Of a stretch of 64,000 nt of DNA, positions 53,235 through 64,000 are shown one piece after another (the stretch's first letter is position 1; each line of letters begins with the position of its first letter). Source of the stretch: Octopus vulgaris (Eukaryota); assembly GCA_951406725.2 (NCBI GenBank), contig OX597818.1, forward strand, positions 89,776,001-89,840,000, in the 5' to 3' direction. The notes beneath the pieces are model-generated. The model saw only the letters and a program-made list of their open reading frames with translations, searched no databases and was not told where the DNA came from. Both the position numbers and the translations under genes were made by a program.

Positions 53235-53279
<45 letters not shown>

Positions 53280-54032
53280 TATTCTAGTTCGCTTGAAGCA
53301 TTGTGTATTGTCTGTATAGAATAAAAAGTTTTGAATGGTACAACAGTGCACTATAATATAAACAATGGGCTATCTACTTGTAATTTAGTCATCCATAGTC
53401 TGATAATATTTCGGAATAAAATTCCTTCTTCAGATATTCTATGTATGTATGTATGTATGTATGTATGTATGTATGTATGTATGTATGTATGTATGTATGT
53501 ATGTATGCATGCATGCGTGCATTCATGCATGTATGTATACATACTAGCAACTAAGTGCGGTTGTTGGAGTGATAACATCCTTAATCATTTCTTAATTAAC
53601 CGAGTCTGGAAGAGCAGAGGGCATGAACAAGTGGAAACTTTAAAATATTGTACCAGAAGTCGGAGCTGAAAGAAAAAGTGGTATGTTGTTTTTAGTTTCA
53701 TTCTAATATAAAGTATGCTGCTATAGCTTCTACTCCCCTTATGAAGAAAATGCTAAATGGGATTTCCTATAGTTACTCCTTATAAAATAAAAATGTAGCT
53801 GGTGCTGGGAAGAGGACGAAGCACTCGTAGATAACGGAAATGTAGCATGTATTTCAGAAATCATAATGTTTATTTACCTTCTCCAATTATATTTTTCAAC
53901 TATATCTGTGCTGACATTTAGCCTTACAGAAATATGAGCTCAATTCGTGGTGGAGAAGAATTATCTGGATGAACTTTACCTTGCCTAGTTAGTAACATAT
54001 AGGCAATAGTATTCTGTCAGCTCAGAAATAAT

Positions 54033-54677
54033 GATTTCAAATTTTGACACAATGCCAGCAAGACCGGGGAAGGGGATGAGTCAGTTACATAGACGCCAGA
54101 ATTTAAACTGGTACTTATCTTGTCGACCCCAAAAGGATGAAAGGCAAAGTCGACCTCGGTGGAATTTGAACATTTTGCCCGGTGTGCTAACGATTCTACT
54201 AGTTCGCTGCCTTTCGTCAGTTCAGAAATAATCTTTTCTACTCTAGGCAAAAGGCCCGAAATTTTTGGGGAGAGGGTCAGTCGACTAGATCGGCCCCAGT
54301 ACGCAACAGGTACTTAATTTGTTGACCCCGAAAGGATGAAAGGCAAAGTCGACCTCGGCGGAATTTGAACTCAGAACGTAAAGCCAGACGAAATACCTAT
54401 TTCTATTTCTTTACTATCCACAAGGGGTTAAACACAGAGGAGACAAACAAGGACAGACAGACGGATTAAGTCGATTATATCAACCTCAGTGCGTAACTGG
54501 TACTTAATTTATCGGCCCCGAAAGGATAAAAGGCAAAGTCAACTTCGGCGGAATTTGAACTCAGAACGTAACGGCAGACGAAATACGGCTACGCATTTCG
54601 GCCGGCGTGCTAACGTTTCTGCCAGCTCGTCGCCTTTTCTACTAGCTCACCGCCTTTCCTTCCAGCTCGCCGCCTTT
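54033..54677 (-). mobile_element. SINE family C monomer plus dimer in tandem
   Basis: Separated and flanked by three copies of tcag(c/t)t(c/g)agaaataat. Confidence 0.85.
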
Positions 54678-54890
54678 TCAGCTGAGAAATAATGAAAGAT
54701 AAATGATGTAGTGGTTTACTGAGGCCTAATTTCCCTCACTAAAAATGAAAATTTATCCTCACTAGCGACAAAGAATTCAGAGTCTATGCCCATGAAACTC
54801 TGGTAATCCAATGCACTTGGCCTCTTGTTACTTAGAAATTCTTGCCCTACCAATATTTATGGTTTCTATTAAGCTTGACTTATAAATGTA

Positions 54891-55398
54891 CCGTAAATCC
54901 TGGAGTTTAATCAGCATTTTTTTCCCAAAATTTAAAGGCCAAAATCCCTAGTGCGTACTATATACGAGGTTTAAAATGAAAATTATTTTCTAATCAATGT
55001 CCGAGTTTCTATCTGCTGTTCGGCAATGTTTATTCAGACACATTTTGTGATATCGGGCGCGAAAATACCTTAAGCTAAGCCTGAAAGCAATGAAGTCATA
55101 AAAGAATCATTCATAACTTGTAATAAGCAACATTTATTAAAAATTATTATTATCTTTTTTATTTACTGCAAACAAAAAGCACAAAAAAGCCACGTTTGCA
55201 TTATGTTATATATACAATAATAATAATGGACGTTACCGTATACATTTTTACAAACCAAGGACGTTATATAGACCTCCTTGACTCTAGTTAGAGAAGGGGT
55301 GCGTATTATACACAAGGTTTAGTCTTTTCAGAGGTACAGCCCCCTAAAAATTCCCTGCGTATTGTACTCAAGGGCGGACAATACTCAAGGATTTACGG
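54891..55398. mobile_element. pogo/Tigger-like MITE, opposite orientation to 39197-39705
   Basis: ccgtaaatcct...aggatttacgg termini; interior homologous to the first copy. Confidence 0.88.
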
Positions 55399-55699
55399 CA
55401 CTCCTGTCTGTGGAAGATGAAATTTCAGCATAAACCATTAGGTATACTTTCAGTTAGACATGCACATGAGAGAGCGCTATGGGGGAAAAAGAAAAGGCCC
55501 TTGAAATTTAACTATATTACCAACATGCTGCCCATAGGCACCCTAGCTTTCTTTTAACCTTTCCTGTACTCCGTTCTATCTCACCGTCACCCAACAAGAG
55601 CATATTGTTTAAATTCAAATTCCAACATTTTTTATAATATTTTTAAGCATTCACTTCTTGTACAATACTTTTATGAGTTCACCTAATTAAGAAATGTGA

Positions 55700-56010
55700 G
55701 GAGGCGCAATGGCCCAGTGGTTAGGGTAGCGGACTCGCGGTCGGAGGATCGTGGTTTCGCCTCCCAGACCGGGCGTTGTGTGTGTTTATTAAGCGAAAAC
55801 ACCCAACGCTCCACGAGGCTCCAGCAGGGGTTGGTGGCGACCCCTATTGTACTCTTTCGCTACAACTTTCACTCTCTCTTCCTACCTGTTTCTTGAGCAA
55901 CGCTGCGATGATCTGGCGTCCCGTCCAGCTGGGGGGAACACATACGCTACAGAAACCGGGAAACCGGGTCCATGAGCCTGGTTAGGCTTGAAAAGGGCGC
56001 ATAAAAAAAA
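55700..56010 (+). mobile_element. SINE family B
   Basis: ggcgcaatggcccagtggttagg head through aaaagggcgcat plus A-tail. Confidence 0.88.
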
Positions 56011-56350
56011 AATCAAGAAATATTATCATCTTTGCGTTTGCATTTTTGTTGCTAGTCAACTATTTTTACAGGTAAAAAATGATTGTTAATGAAACAAAGC
56101 CCCCAGAATATAATAATTTTTTTTCAAGAAGATTACATTATAGATAAAAAGTAAATTGACAGTTCTAAGGTATCCTTCTTTGTACTCAGAATCTACTTAC
56201 TTGCTGCATTCTGCACATTTTGATGCACTGGAGATAAAACTGTCAGAATGATTTTTCCGTGAAGAGATTTATTGTGCACAATTTGATTTTGGTGCGTGAT
56301 AAAAACAGAATAGGCCCTTGAGAAAGCGAACCGTACAGCATTTGTCGACA

Positions 56351-56381
<31 letters not shown>

Positions 56382-56383
56382 CA

Positions 56384-56414
<31 letters not shown>

Positions 56415-56629
56415 GCATATTTACATATGAACCAGACTGAACTGGAAACCACTTGGTTTCAAAGCCAGCTTCTGAACCTCACAGCCTTGTATGTTCTTAT
56501 GGAAAAAAAACCCCAAAAAAAACCTACTTATGGTGACAAATGTAAGAAAATTTAAGAATTTTGGTTTATCAAAAATGATGGCTAATTGTAGTATTTTATA
56601 TAGAAATAAAAGCAAAAGATAAAATGCTT

Positions 56630-56868
56630 GTTTGCTCCTTCTCGAGCCACGCCGGTCCGTCGTAGGTGAGCTGCAGGATGCAGGAGGAAATAGTGAAAGA
56701 AAGTTGTGCCGAAAGAGTCAGCAGAGGTTCGCCATTACCTTCTGCCGGAGCCGCATGGAGCTTAGGTGTTTCGCTCATAAACACACACATCGCCCGGTCT
56801 GCGATTCGAACCCACCGATCCCTCGAAAGCGAGTCTGCTGCTCTAACCACTAGGCCATGTACCCTCAC
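56630..56868 (-). mobile_element. tRNA-derived SINE related to family B
   Basis: catggcctagtggttagagcagcagactcgc head; flanked by the caaaagataaaat duplication. Confidence 0.75.
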
Positions 56869-57499
56869 AAAAGATAAAATACGGATGGTAATTCAAATTA
56901 ATACACTTGTTAATGTCATTTAGTTAGTGTCTTTTGAGATGTGACATCGATCATCGTTTGTTACCGAAAGGACGATGGTTCACATACTTCCCTTGTACAC
57001 TTACACACTTACACACATGTACTCACACACAGTTGAAACGCTGTTTGAGTTTCCTTTTCAGCGTTGAATGTTCACCATCCCACTCCCATTACACACACAC
57101 ACACACAAACATTCACATGCCTCCCTTTTACATACACACGCATATATTCACACAAATTTGAAACGCTGTAGAATTTCCATCATCCCTTCTATTCTTTTTC
57201 ATCTACCACCCTTTCTTTTCTCATTCATATGTTGTGACGGAGAAAAAACATGCGAGTATTATTATAGTAGATGATTACCATGCTCCTATTGTCACTTTGG
57301 GAATATTCCTGGTATCTTTGTTTCGTATATTATTTTCTGGTTTTCCTCGAATTCTCTTTATTGTTTTGCTTCAAAACAGATCGGCAGTATGTTTTTCTTT
57401 AATTTCTTTTCCTTTTGATTTGTACACCCAAGTATACATACCTGCGTGTATTTTATTAAAACAATAAAAGGTAAAATAATTATTGGCGGCACTTTGAAA

Positions 57500-57501
57500 T
57501 G

Positions 57502-57548
<47 letters not shown>

Positions 57549-57874
57549 GTATTATATATATATGGATATATGTGTGTGTATGGATATGTATATGTTTGTG
57601 CATATATATATATATATATGTATATATATGTGTGTGTGTGCATATATGTATATATATATGTGTATATATATATATGTATGTATATATATATACATATATA
57701 TATGTACATGTATGTATATATGTATATATATATGTATGTATATATATACATATATATGTATATGTATGTATATATATGTATATAAGCATATATATATAGA
57801 TGTATGTATATATATATATATATATATATGTATATGTATGTATATATATGTATATAAGCATATATATATAGATG

Positions 57875-57926
<52 letters not shown>

Positions 57927-58200
57927 GGGATGGAGCGATATAATTCACGCACATACACACCCACGCTTGTAGATAGATAGATTTGCAAGAATACCGTTTA
58001 ATAGTTTTGGCATAAAGAAACAGAAATGTGCAATTGTATTACATTCTTACATATATACATACATACATTCGTACATACATACATACATACATACATACAT
58101 ACATACACACATACGTACAGGCAGATATACAGACACCCATACATACACGCATACATACATGCATACACACGCATACATAAATTCACAAACGGATACATAA
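57500..58200. repeat. Microsatellite field
   Basis: (CA)n, (TA)n and (TACA)n. Confidence 0.9.
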
Positions 58201-58754
58201 CATACTTACATAAGTACCAAGAAAATTTCGTTAAGATATTTTCACATTATAAAATAAACAAATGAAATTATAAACCGTAATGAAAGAACCGCCTGCATTT
58301 TCCTTAATCTTTCCAAGATTCACACACTTTAAATCCTGCTAGAAAGTCATTAAAAGAGTTCATTTAGTCCAGCAATCATCATCATCGCCATTCTTCATCA
58401 TCATCATCATCATCATCATCTTTGTCACCGTCGTAGTCATTTTAAGCACCGTTAGAATCATTGCTGCCGCCATCACCACCACTATTCTCCTCCCCCCTCT
58501 CCTCCTCCTCCTCCTCCTCCTCCTCTTTCCCCTCCTCCTCCACCGCTATAATCACCGCTATTATCATCATCACTATCGCCATCACAGTCATTACCAATGT
58601 TGTTGTCTTCATCTTCATGACCACAAACCACCACCACCACCGCCGCCGCCGCCGCCGACATGCTCATCCTCATGATCAGCATCACCACAATAACCATACG
58701 AGCACCACCGAACACAAGCGTTCAATAAACGAACGGCTGAACAATGTTCATAAT

Positions 58755-59174
58755 AGGCGTAGGAGTGGCTGTGTGGTAAGTAGCTTACTTACCAACCACA
58801 TGGTTCCGGGTTCAGTCCCACTGCGTGGCACCTTAGGCAATTGTCTTCTACTATAGCCTCGGACCGACCAAAGCCTTGTGAGTGGATTTGGTAGACGGAA
58901 ACTGAAACAAGCCCGTCGTATATATGTATATATTTATGTGCATGTGTGTGTATATGTTTGTGTGTCTGTGTTTGTCCCTCCCCCAACATCGTTTGACAAC
59001 CGATGCTGGTGTGCTTACGTCCCCGTAATTTAACGGTTCGGCAAAAGATAACTATAGAATAAGTACTAAGCTTACAAAGAATAAGTCCTGGCGTCAATTT
59101 GCTCGATCGACTAAAAGCGGTGCTCCAGCATGGTGACAGTCAAATGACTGAAACAAGTAAAAGAGTAAAGAGTA
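58755..59174 (+). mobile_element. SINE family A
   Basis: Complete copy. Confidence 0.88.
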
Positions 59175-59479
59175 ATGGGTGTGATATATTCTGGTTATCT
59201 CACGGAACAGTTAAAAGTCCGTATTGTTGATGTTAGATAGTAGATAGAGGCAGGCCTTCATAGGTAATATACAAAACTAGATGAGAAAAAGGAAGATGTG
59301 CAGCTGGTTCCTTACAGCTGTTTCAAGTATAGATGCACAGTTGGTGTAGTTCCTTGTAAGCAATAAGCGTCCCGCATGTTAGTAGCAACTTATTCCTGTT
59401 TCGAAGGAAAAGTGAGCTAGGATTTGGTGTGTGTGTGTGTGGGAGGGGAATGTACGAACAGTGGTTTATCTCCTTTGTC

Positions 59480-59855
59480 TTTTATTTGTTTCAGTCATTA
59501 GACTGCGGTCATGCTGGGGCACCGCCTTGAAGAATTTATAGTTGAATGTATCGACTCCAGTATGTATTTTAAAGCCTGGTACTTATTCTATCGATCTTTT
59601 TGCCGAATTGCAAGTTAAAGAGGACAAACACACCAACAACTGCTTTCAAGCAGTAGAGGGGGGGGGGCAAATACAGACAGACACAAACAGGTGTATATAT
59701 ACGACAGGCTTCTTTCAGTTTCCGTCTACCAAATACACTCACACGGCTTTGTTCGGCCCGAGGCTATAGTAGAAGACACCTGCCCAAGGTGCCACGCAAT
59801 AGGACTGAACCCAGAACCATGTGGTTGGGAAGCAAACTTCTTACCACACAACCAC
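59480..59855 (-). mobile_element. SINE family A (older variant)
   Basis: Diverged head and tail. Confidence 0.8.
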
Positions 59856-59945
<90 letters not shown>

Positions 59946-59982
59946 GTCTCTCTCTCTCTCTCTTCTCTTCTCTCTCTCTCTT

Positions 59983-60033
<51 letters not shown>

Positions 60034-60034
60034 G

Positions 60035-60320
60035 CTCCCTTTTCAAGCCTAGGTAGGCTCATGGGCCCGGTTTCCCAGTTTCTGTGGCGTATGTGTCCCC
60101 CCCCAGCTGGACGGGACGCTAGTCCATTGCAGCGTTACTCAAGAAACGGGAAGAGAGTGAGAGAAAGTTGGGGCGAAAGAGTAAAACAGGAGTCGCCCTC
60201 CCCCGCCTGCCGGAGCTTCGTGGAGCTTTTAGGTGTTTTTGCTCAATAAACACACACAACGCTCGATCTAGGAATCGAAACCGCGATCCTCCGACCGCGA
60301 GTCTGCTGCCCTAACCACAG
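60035..60320 (-). mobile_element. SINE family B
   Basis: Homologous to 55700-56010. Confidence 0.85.
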
Positions 60321-60619
60321 AGACATATAAATATATGAATTGTGCGATATATAAGAAAGATGACAAAAGAGTACATGATTATCTTGTGCACTTCATTGGC
60401 TTACAGCTGTTTCTGTTACAAGCTAATGAAGTTCATAAGCTGATAATTTATTCCTTTGTCATTTTCCGTTCTTATTACTGCTCTTCACTCGGCTAATACT
60501 TCGTTCTAAAACATATGTTCTTCCCCAGGTTATTAGTTTCGCAATGACTAAGCGACATAAGTGAGTATAAAGAAAGGCAGAATATTTTTGCTTGTAAGAG
60601 GAAGGTAGATGGAATCTAA

Positions 60620-61980
60620 CATAGAGGACAAGAGGTAGATATATAAAAGATCTAGAGATAGAGAAAGATATGTATAAAGAAGTGTCCGGTGCCTATATGA
60701 GTTAGGGAAGGAGTTAGTTCAGTGAGAAAGGCTTTGGTCGTCCCGAGGCTATAGTGGTGAAGAGGTGAGCGCTTAGAAACATCAGTTAGCCAGACTAGAG
60801 GGATTTGGGGTATCGTGTTTGGGGGCGGGCACCACAAATGGGGGAGTGGGAATTTTTGTTCTGTGGGGGCTAATGTGTGTGCGGGTTCGGGGTCGTTTTA
60901 AGCAGTTGAAGGGCCTGGTGTCAGCGCCACTTTTTTCTGCCACTTTTCGCAGTCTACACTAATGTGGCCTTTTTTTTCCCACATTCGTAACACATCGGCT
61001 TCTTCCCTTCGACATGGATTTTGAGAACAATGTCGTTGCCCAAGAGAACTCTGTCTGGCAGTATTTCGATGTCTTCTTGAGCACCCAGGATAATAGCTGA
61101 AATGCTCTGATCGAGCCAATTTTGTGGGGCAGTGCATGTAATTTGAAGGAATTTTATTTTGCCCGTCATGTTATACAACAAGGCGGCCATTACTTTCCAT
61201 GCCTCTATTTCGGGTGGTACCTCTGCCACCTTTATGCGGGCAGTTCATCTCCACATATAGGTTCGCAGAAGCACAACCTCCTTCGTTTTCAGGGAGCTCG
61301 CTGAGCTTTATCCTCGGTTCCAAATCTGGTCTCTATTGTGCCATATGTCCGGCCCCTCACTATGTACTTTAAGTCTTTCCATATGGGGTCCAGACATTTT
61401 ACAATTTTACACTGTTCGAAGTGTTTGAATTTTCTTGTTGACGGACAATACGTTTTGAAAACGACTGTTCTTTTCAATTCTTCGACGCTGGTGGAGGGGG
61501 ATATCTTTAAATCCCCACACCCCTTCTTCATTCTTTCAAAAAGCTCGGAGAGCTTTTCCGTCGGTAACACAACGTTTCTTTACTGGCTCATCCAGTGAAC
61601 TTTTTCCGTGAATTATTTCGACCGACATACTCGGCCGAAATTAATTCTACACACAAAAATAAATAAATTAGAAATCCCGAAAAATGGGAAACATATTTTT
61701 TCCTCTAAACAGTTCAAATCCCACCCCCTAGTGGGGTGGGGTGCAACAATAAATCCTACAATGGCTTTGATAAGTTCACTTCTTCCAGAAACAAATAACA
61801 ACTGCCAAAATGGCTTTACACAAACAATTCCTGTTTCCCGGCGCCAGGAAACAGCACAAAAAGTGTTCAAAGTTCAACAACGGTTTACATTTAATAAATC
61901 CAACAAAAAAACAATCAAAGCTCCAACAAAACGTCCGACTCAACTGACAAACAAAAACGCGTCTAACAAAGAGACCGGAA
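60620..61980 (-). mobile_element. Tx1/L1-like element: 5' UTR plus ORF1 (frameshifted), no ORF2 seen
   Basis: ELKRTVVFK...IVRGRTYGTIETRF...KVAEVPPEI...VEGKKPMCYECGKKGHISVDC (CCHC knuckle). Confidence 0.75.
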
Positions 61981-62030
61981 GCAGCCACTCCTGCACCTAT
62001 ATATTTATAAAAATTACACATATTCTATGT

Positions 62031-62061
<31 letters not shown>

Positions 62062-62311
62062 CGTGTGTATGTGTGTGTGTTATATGTACATATACATAAT
62101 CATTTATATGTATATTCCTTTGTGTTTACCTCCTCTGCTTGATAACCAGTGTGGGTTTGTTTACGTCTACGTACCTTAAGGCTTTGGCTAAAGAAGTATA
62201 GGTTAAGTATCAAGCTTTAAAAAATAAGTATTGGGAGCGATTTGTTCCACTAAACTCTTCCTGTGCGGTACTCAAACGTGGCCGCAGTCGAATGATTTAA
62301 ACAAATAAACG

Positions 62312-62351
<40 letters not shown>

Positions 62352-62352
<1 letters not shown>

Positions 62353-63614
62353 GAGGGGCGTTCAATAAGTAATGCCCCTGACCAACTTCACATAGTAGTA
62401 GAGCAACGAAAGTTGGCACAGTTATTAGTCTTTTTCTACATAGGAACCACCCAGAGTTACGCATTTCTCCCATCGTTTGATGCAGCTCTGGAGACCGATT
62501 TTGTAGAAGACCCCAGCTTGGTCCTCCAACCACGACGTGACTTCAGAAATCAAGGCTGCATCATCTGGGAAACGCTTTCCTTTCAAAAACAACTTCATGG
62601 CTAGGAAGAGGTGAAAATCTGAGGGTGCAAGGTCAGGAGAGTAGGGGGGTATGAGGGAGGAGTTCATAGCCGCATGCCTGTGCTTCTGATCTGGCGACAC
62701 GCGAGTTGTGGACCGGAGCGCTGTCCTGCAGGAGGAGGATGCTTTGCTGATCTTGCCCCTCCTTTTGATTTTCATAGCTTCTCTTAATTTCCTCAAAAGT
62801 GAAGCATAATAGGCTCCTGTAATTGTGGTACCCTTTACCAGGAAATCTGTCATCACTACTCCGTCCTGGGCCCAGATGACTGTGAGCATGACCTTGCCAG
62901 CGGTGGGCTACACCCTTGCCTTCTTTGGAGGAAGTGAGTCACGGTGCTTCCACTGCATTGACTGGGCTTTGGTCTCTGGATCATAGTGATGGACCCAGGT
63001 TTCATCCTGTGTAATCAGTCTTTTGAAAAATTTTGACTCATCTTCTTGGCAGATCTCCAAGTTCATCCTCGAGCACTCGACGCGTTCTTGCTTCTGGAAA
63101 GGTGTGAGCAACCTAGAAATCCATCTGGCAGACACCTTTTGCATGTGCAAATGATCATGAATGATAGTTTCCACATACCCGGTACTAATCTTGACCTCAT
63201 GGGCTATTTGGCGAATAGTTATGCGTCGATCTTCCAAAATGCCAGCCCTCAACTTGACAGAAGGGGGTGACCAGATCTGGGAGCTGTTTCCACAGAGTTC
63301 CGACCATGTTTGAATTCACGATGCCAGCGTTTTACAAGGTCATATGATGGGGCATCATATAACTTTTATTTCATCAAAAGTCTCCCGTGATGTGCGTCCT
63401 TTCAAATACAAAAACCGGATCACTGCTCGACACTCAACAGGCTCCATTTCACACTTGACTCAGTTCAAACACCTGTCAATCAGAAACCTCAATTAGCTCA
63501 GAGCTGTAATTTGCCACTGAATCTATAGAGATATAAATAATTGCACATGCAAAATTTCAGCTAGATGAAACAACTGTAAGTGGGTCAGAGGCATTACTTA
63601 TTGAACGTTCCTCG
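62352..63614 (-). mobile_element. mariner (DD34D) transposon, full length
   Basis: TA-flanked TIRs cgaggggcgttcaataagtaatgcccctgacc / ggtcagaggcattacttattgaacgttcctcg. Confidence 0.95.
62425..63447 (-). pseudogene. mariner transposase, frameshifted
   Basis: MEPVECRAVIRFLYLKG...VSARWISRLLT...ITQDETWVHHYDPE...QDSAPVH...YSPDLAPSDFHLF...RWEKCV. Confidence 0.93.
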
Positions 63615-63699
63615 TATATATCGTTTATGTATTCTAAGATTTTATAGTTTGCTTGAAGCATTGTCTATGGAATATCCTCGTTATGATATCAGGTTGCAT

Positions 63700-64000
63700 A
63701 TATTGTATACTGCTGCTGCTACTACACAAGCTAGACTGAATGGACTGCAGGCTTTCTCTCCCTCCTAAACAACTATGAGAAATGTATTTCTCCATGCCAA
63801 CCTGAAATGGGGCGGGGGAGGTGTGCTGTCCTACTCAGGAAAAGTTTGAATTTACATGTAAGAAAATTTTTTGTTGACCTGGAGGGCAGGCTGGTCGTTC
63901 TCAACGTGACGCACGGTAGTGTTAAGACATTCAGATTGGTGCCTGTCTATGCTCCTTGTAGAACCGGACAAACTTTTATCGAGGCCTAGAGAATTTTCTA
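63700..64000 (+). mobile_element. L1/Tx1 ORF2 APE endonuclease fragment (runs off window)
   Basis: GRCAVLLRKSL...VDLEGRLVVLNV...FRLVPVYAP. Confidence 0.75.

Noticed and set aside
56195-56235. Possible 27-nt minus-strand micro-exon (ctccag...gtaagt)
   Set aside because: Weak polypyrimidine tract and no recognisable peptide; consistent with chance.
58370-58715. His/Ser/Arg-rich ORFs suggesting a low-complexity protein
   Set aside because: Compound (CAT)n/(CCT)n/(CCG)n repeats that run into a SINE, with no splice or domain support.

Overview
AT-rich, repeat-saturated animal DNA. The SINE families, the Dong/R4, Penelope and Tx1 content and the very dense (TA)n/(CA)n/(TATG)n microsatellites suggest a cephalopod, probably Octopus (inference from recognition, no search run). 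I recognise no host protein-coding exon, so the window is probably intergenic or deep intronic, and most ORFs in the track are microsatellite or SINE artefacts. DNA transposon relics: full-length but frameshifted Tc1 (448-1708) and mariner (62352-63614), maT-like and DUF4817-like relics, an internally deleted Chapaev3-like element, a hAT transposase relic, pogo/Tigger MITEs and a Merlin-like MITE with telomere-like repeats. Retroelements: a near full-length degenerate Dong/R4 element plus a truncated copy, RTE, CR1-like, Tx1 and Penelope fragments, and at least four tRNA-derived SINE families. Most interesting signals: (1) a SINE with a Tx1-like tail that forms multimers with an invariant junction and re-inserts into its own target sites; (2) minimal hammerhead-ribozyme motifs with variant cores in Penelope-type repeats; (3) Dong/R4 copies apparently targeting (CATA)n; (4) two ORF1-only Tx1-like elements; (5) a candidate recursive splice site. 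Boundaries were read by eye and may be off by a few to tens of bases.
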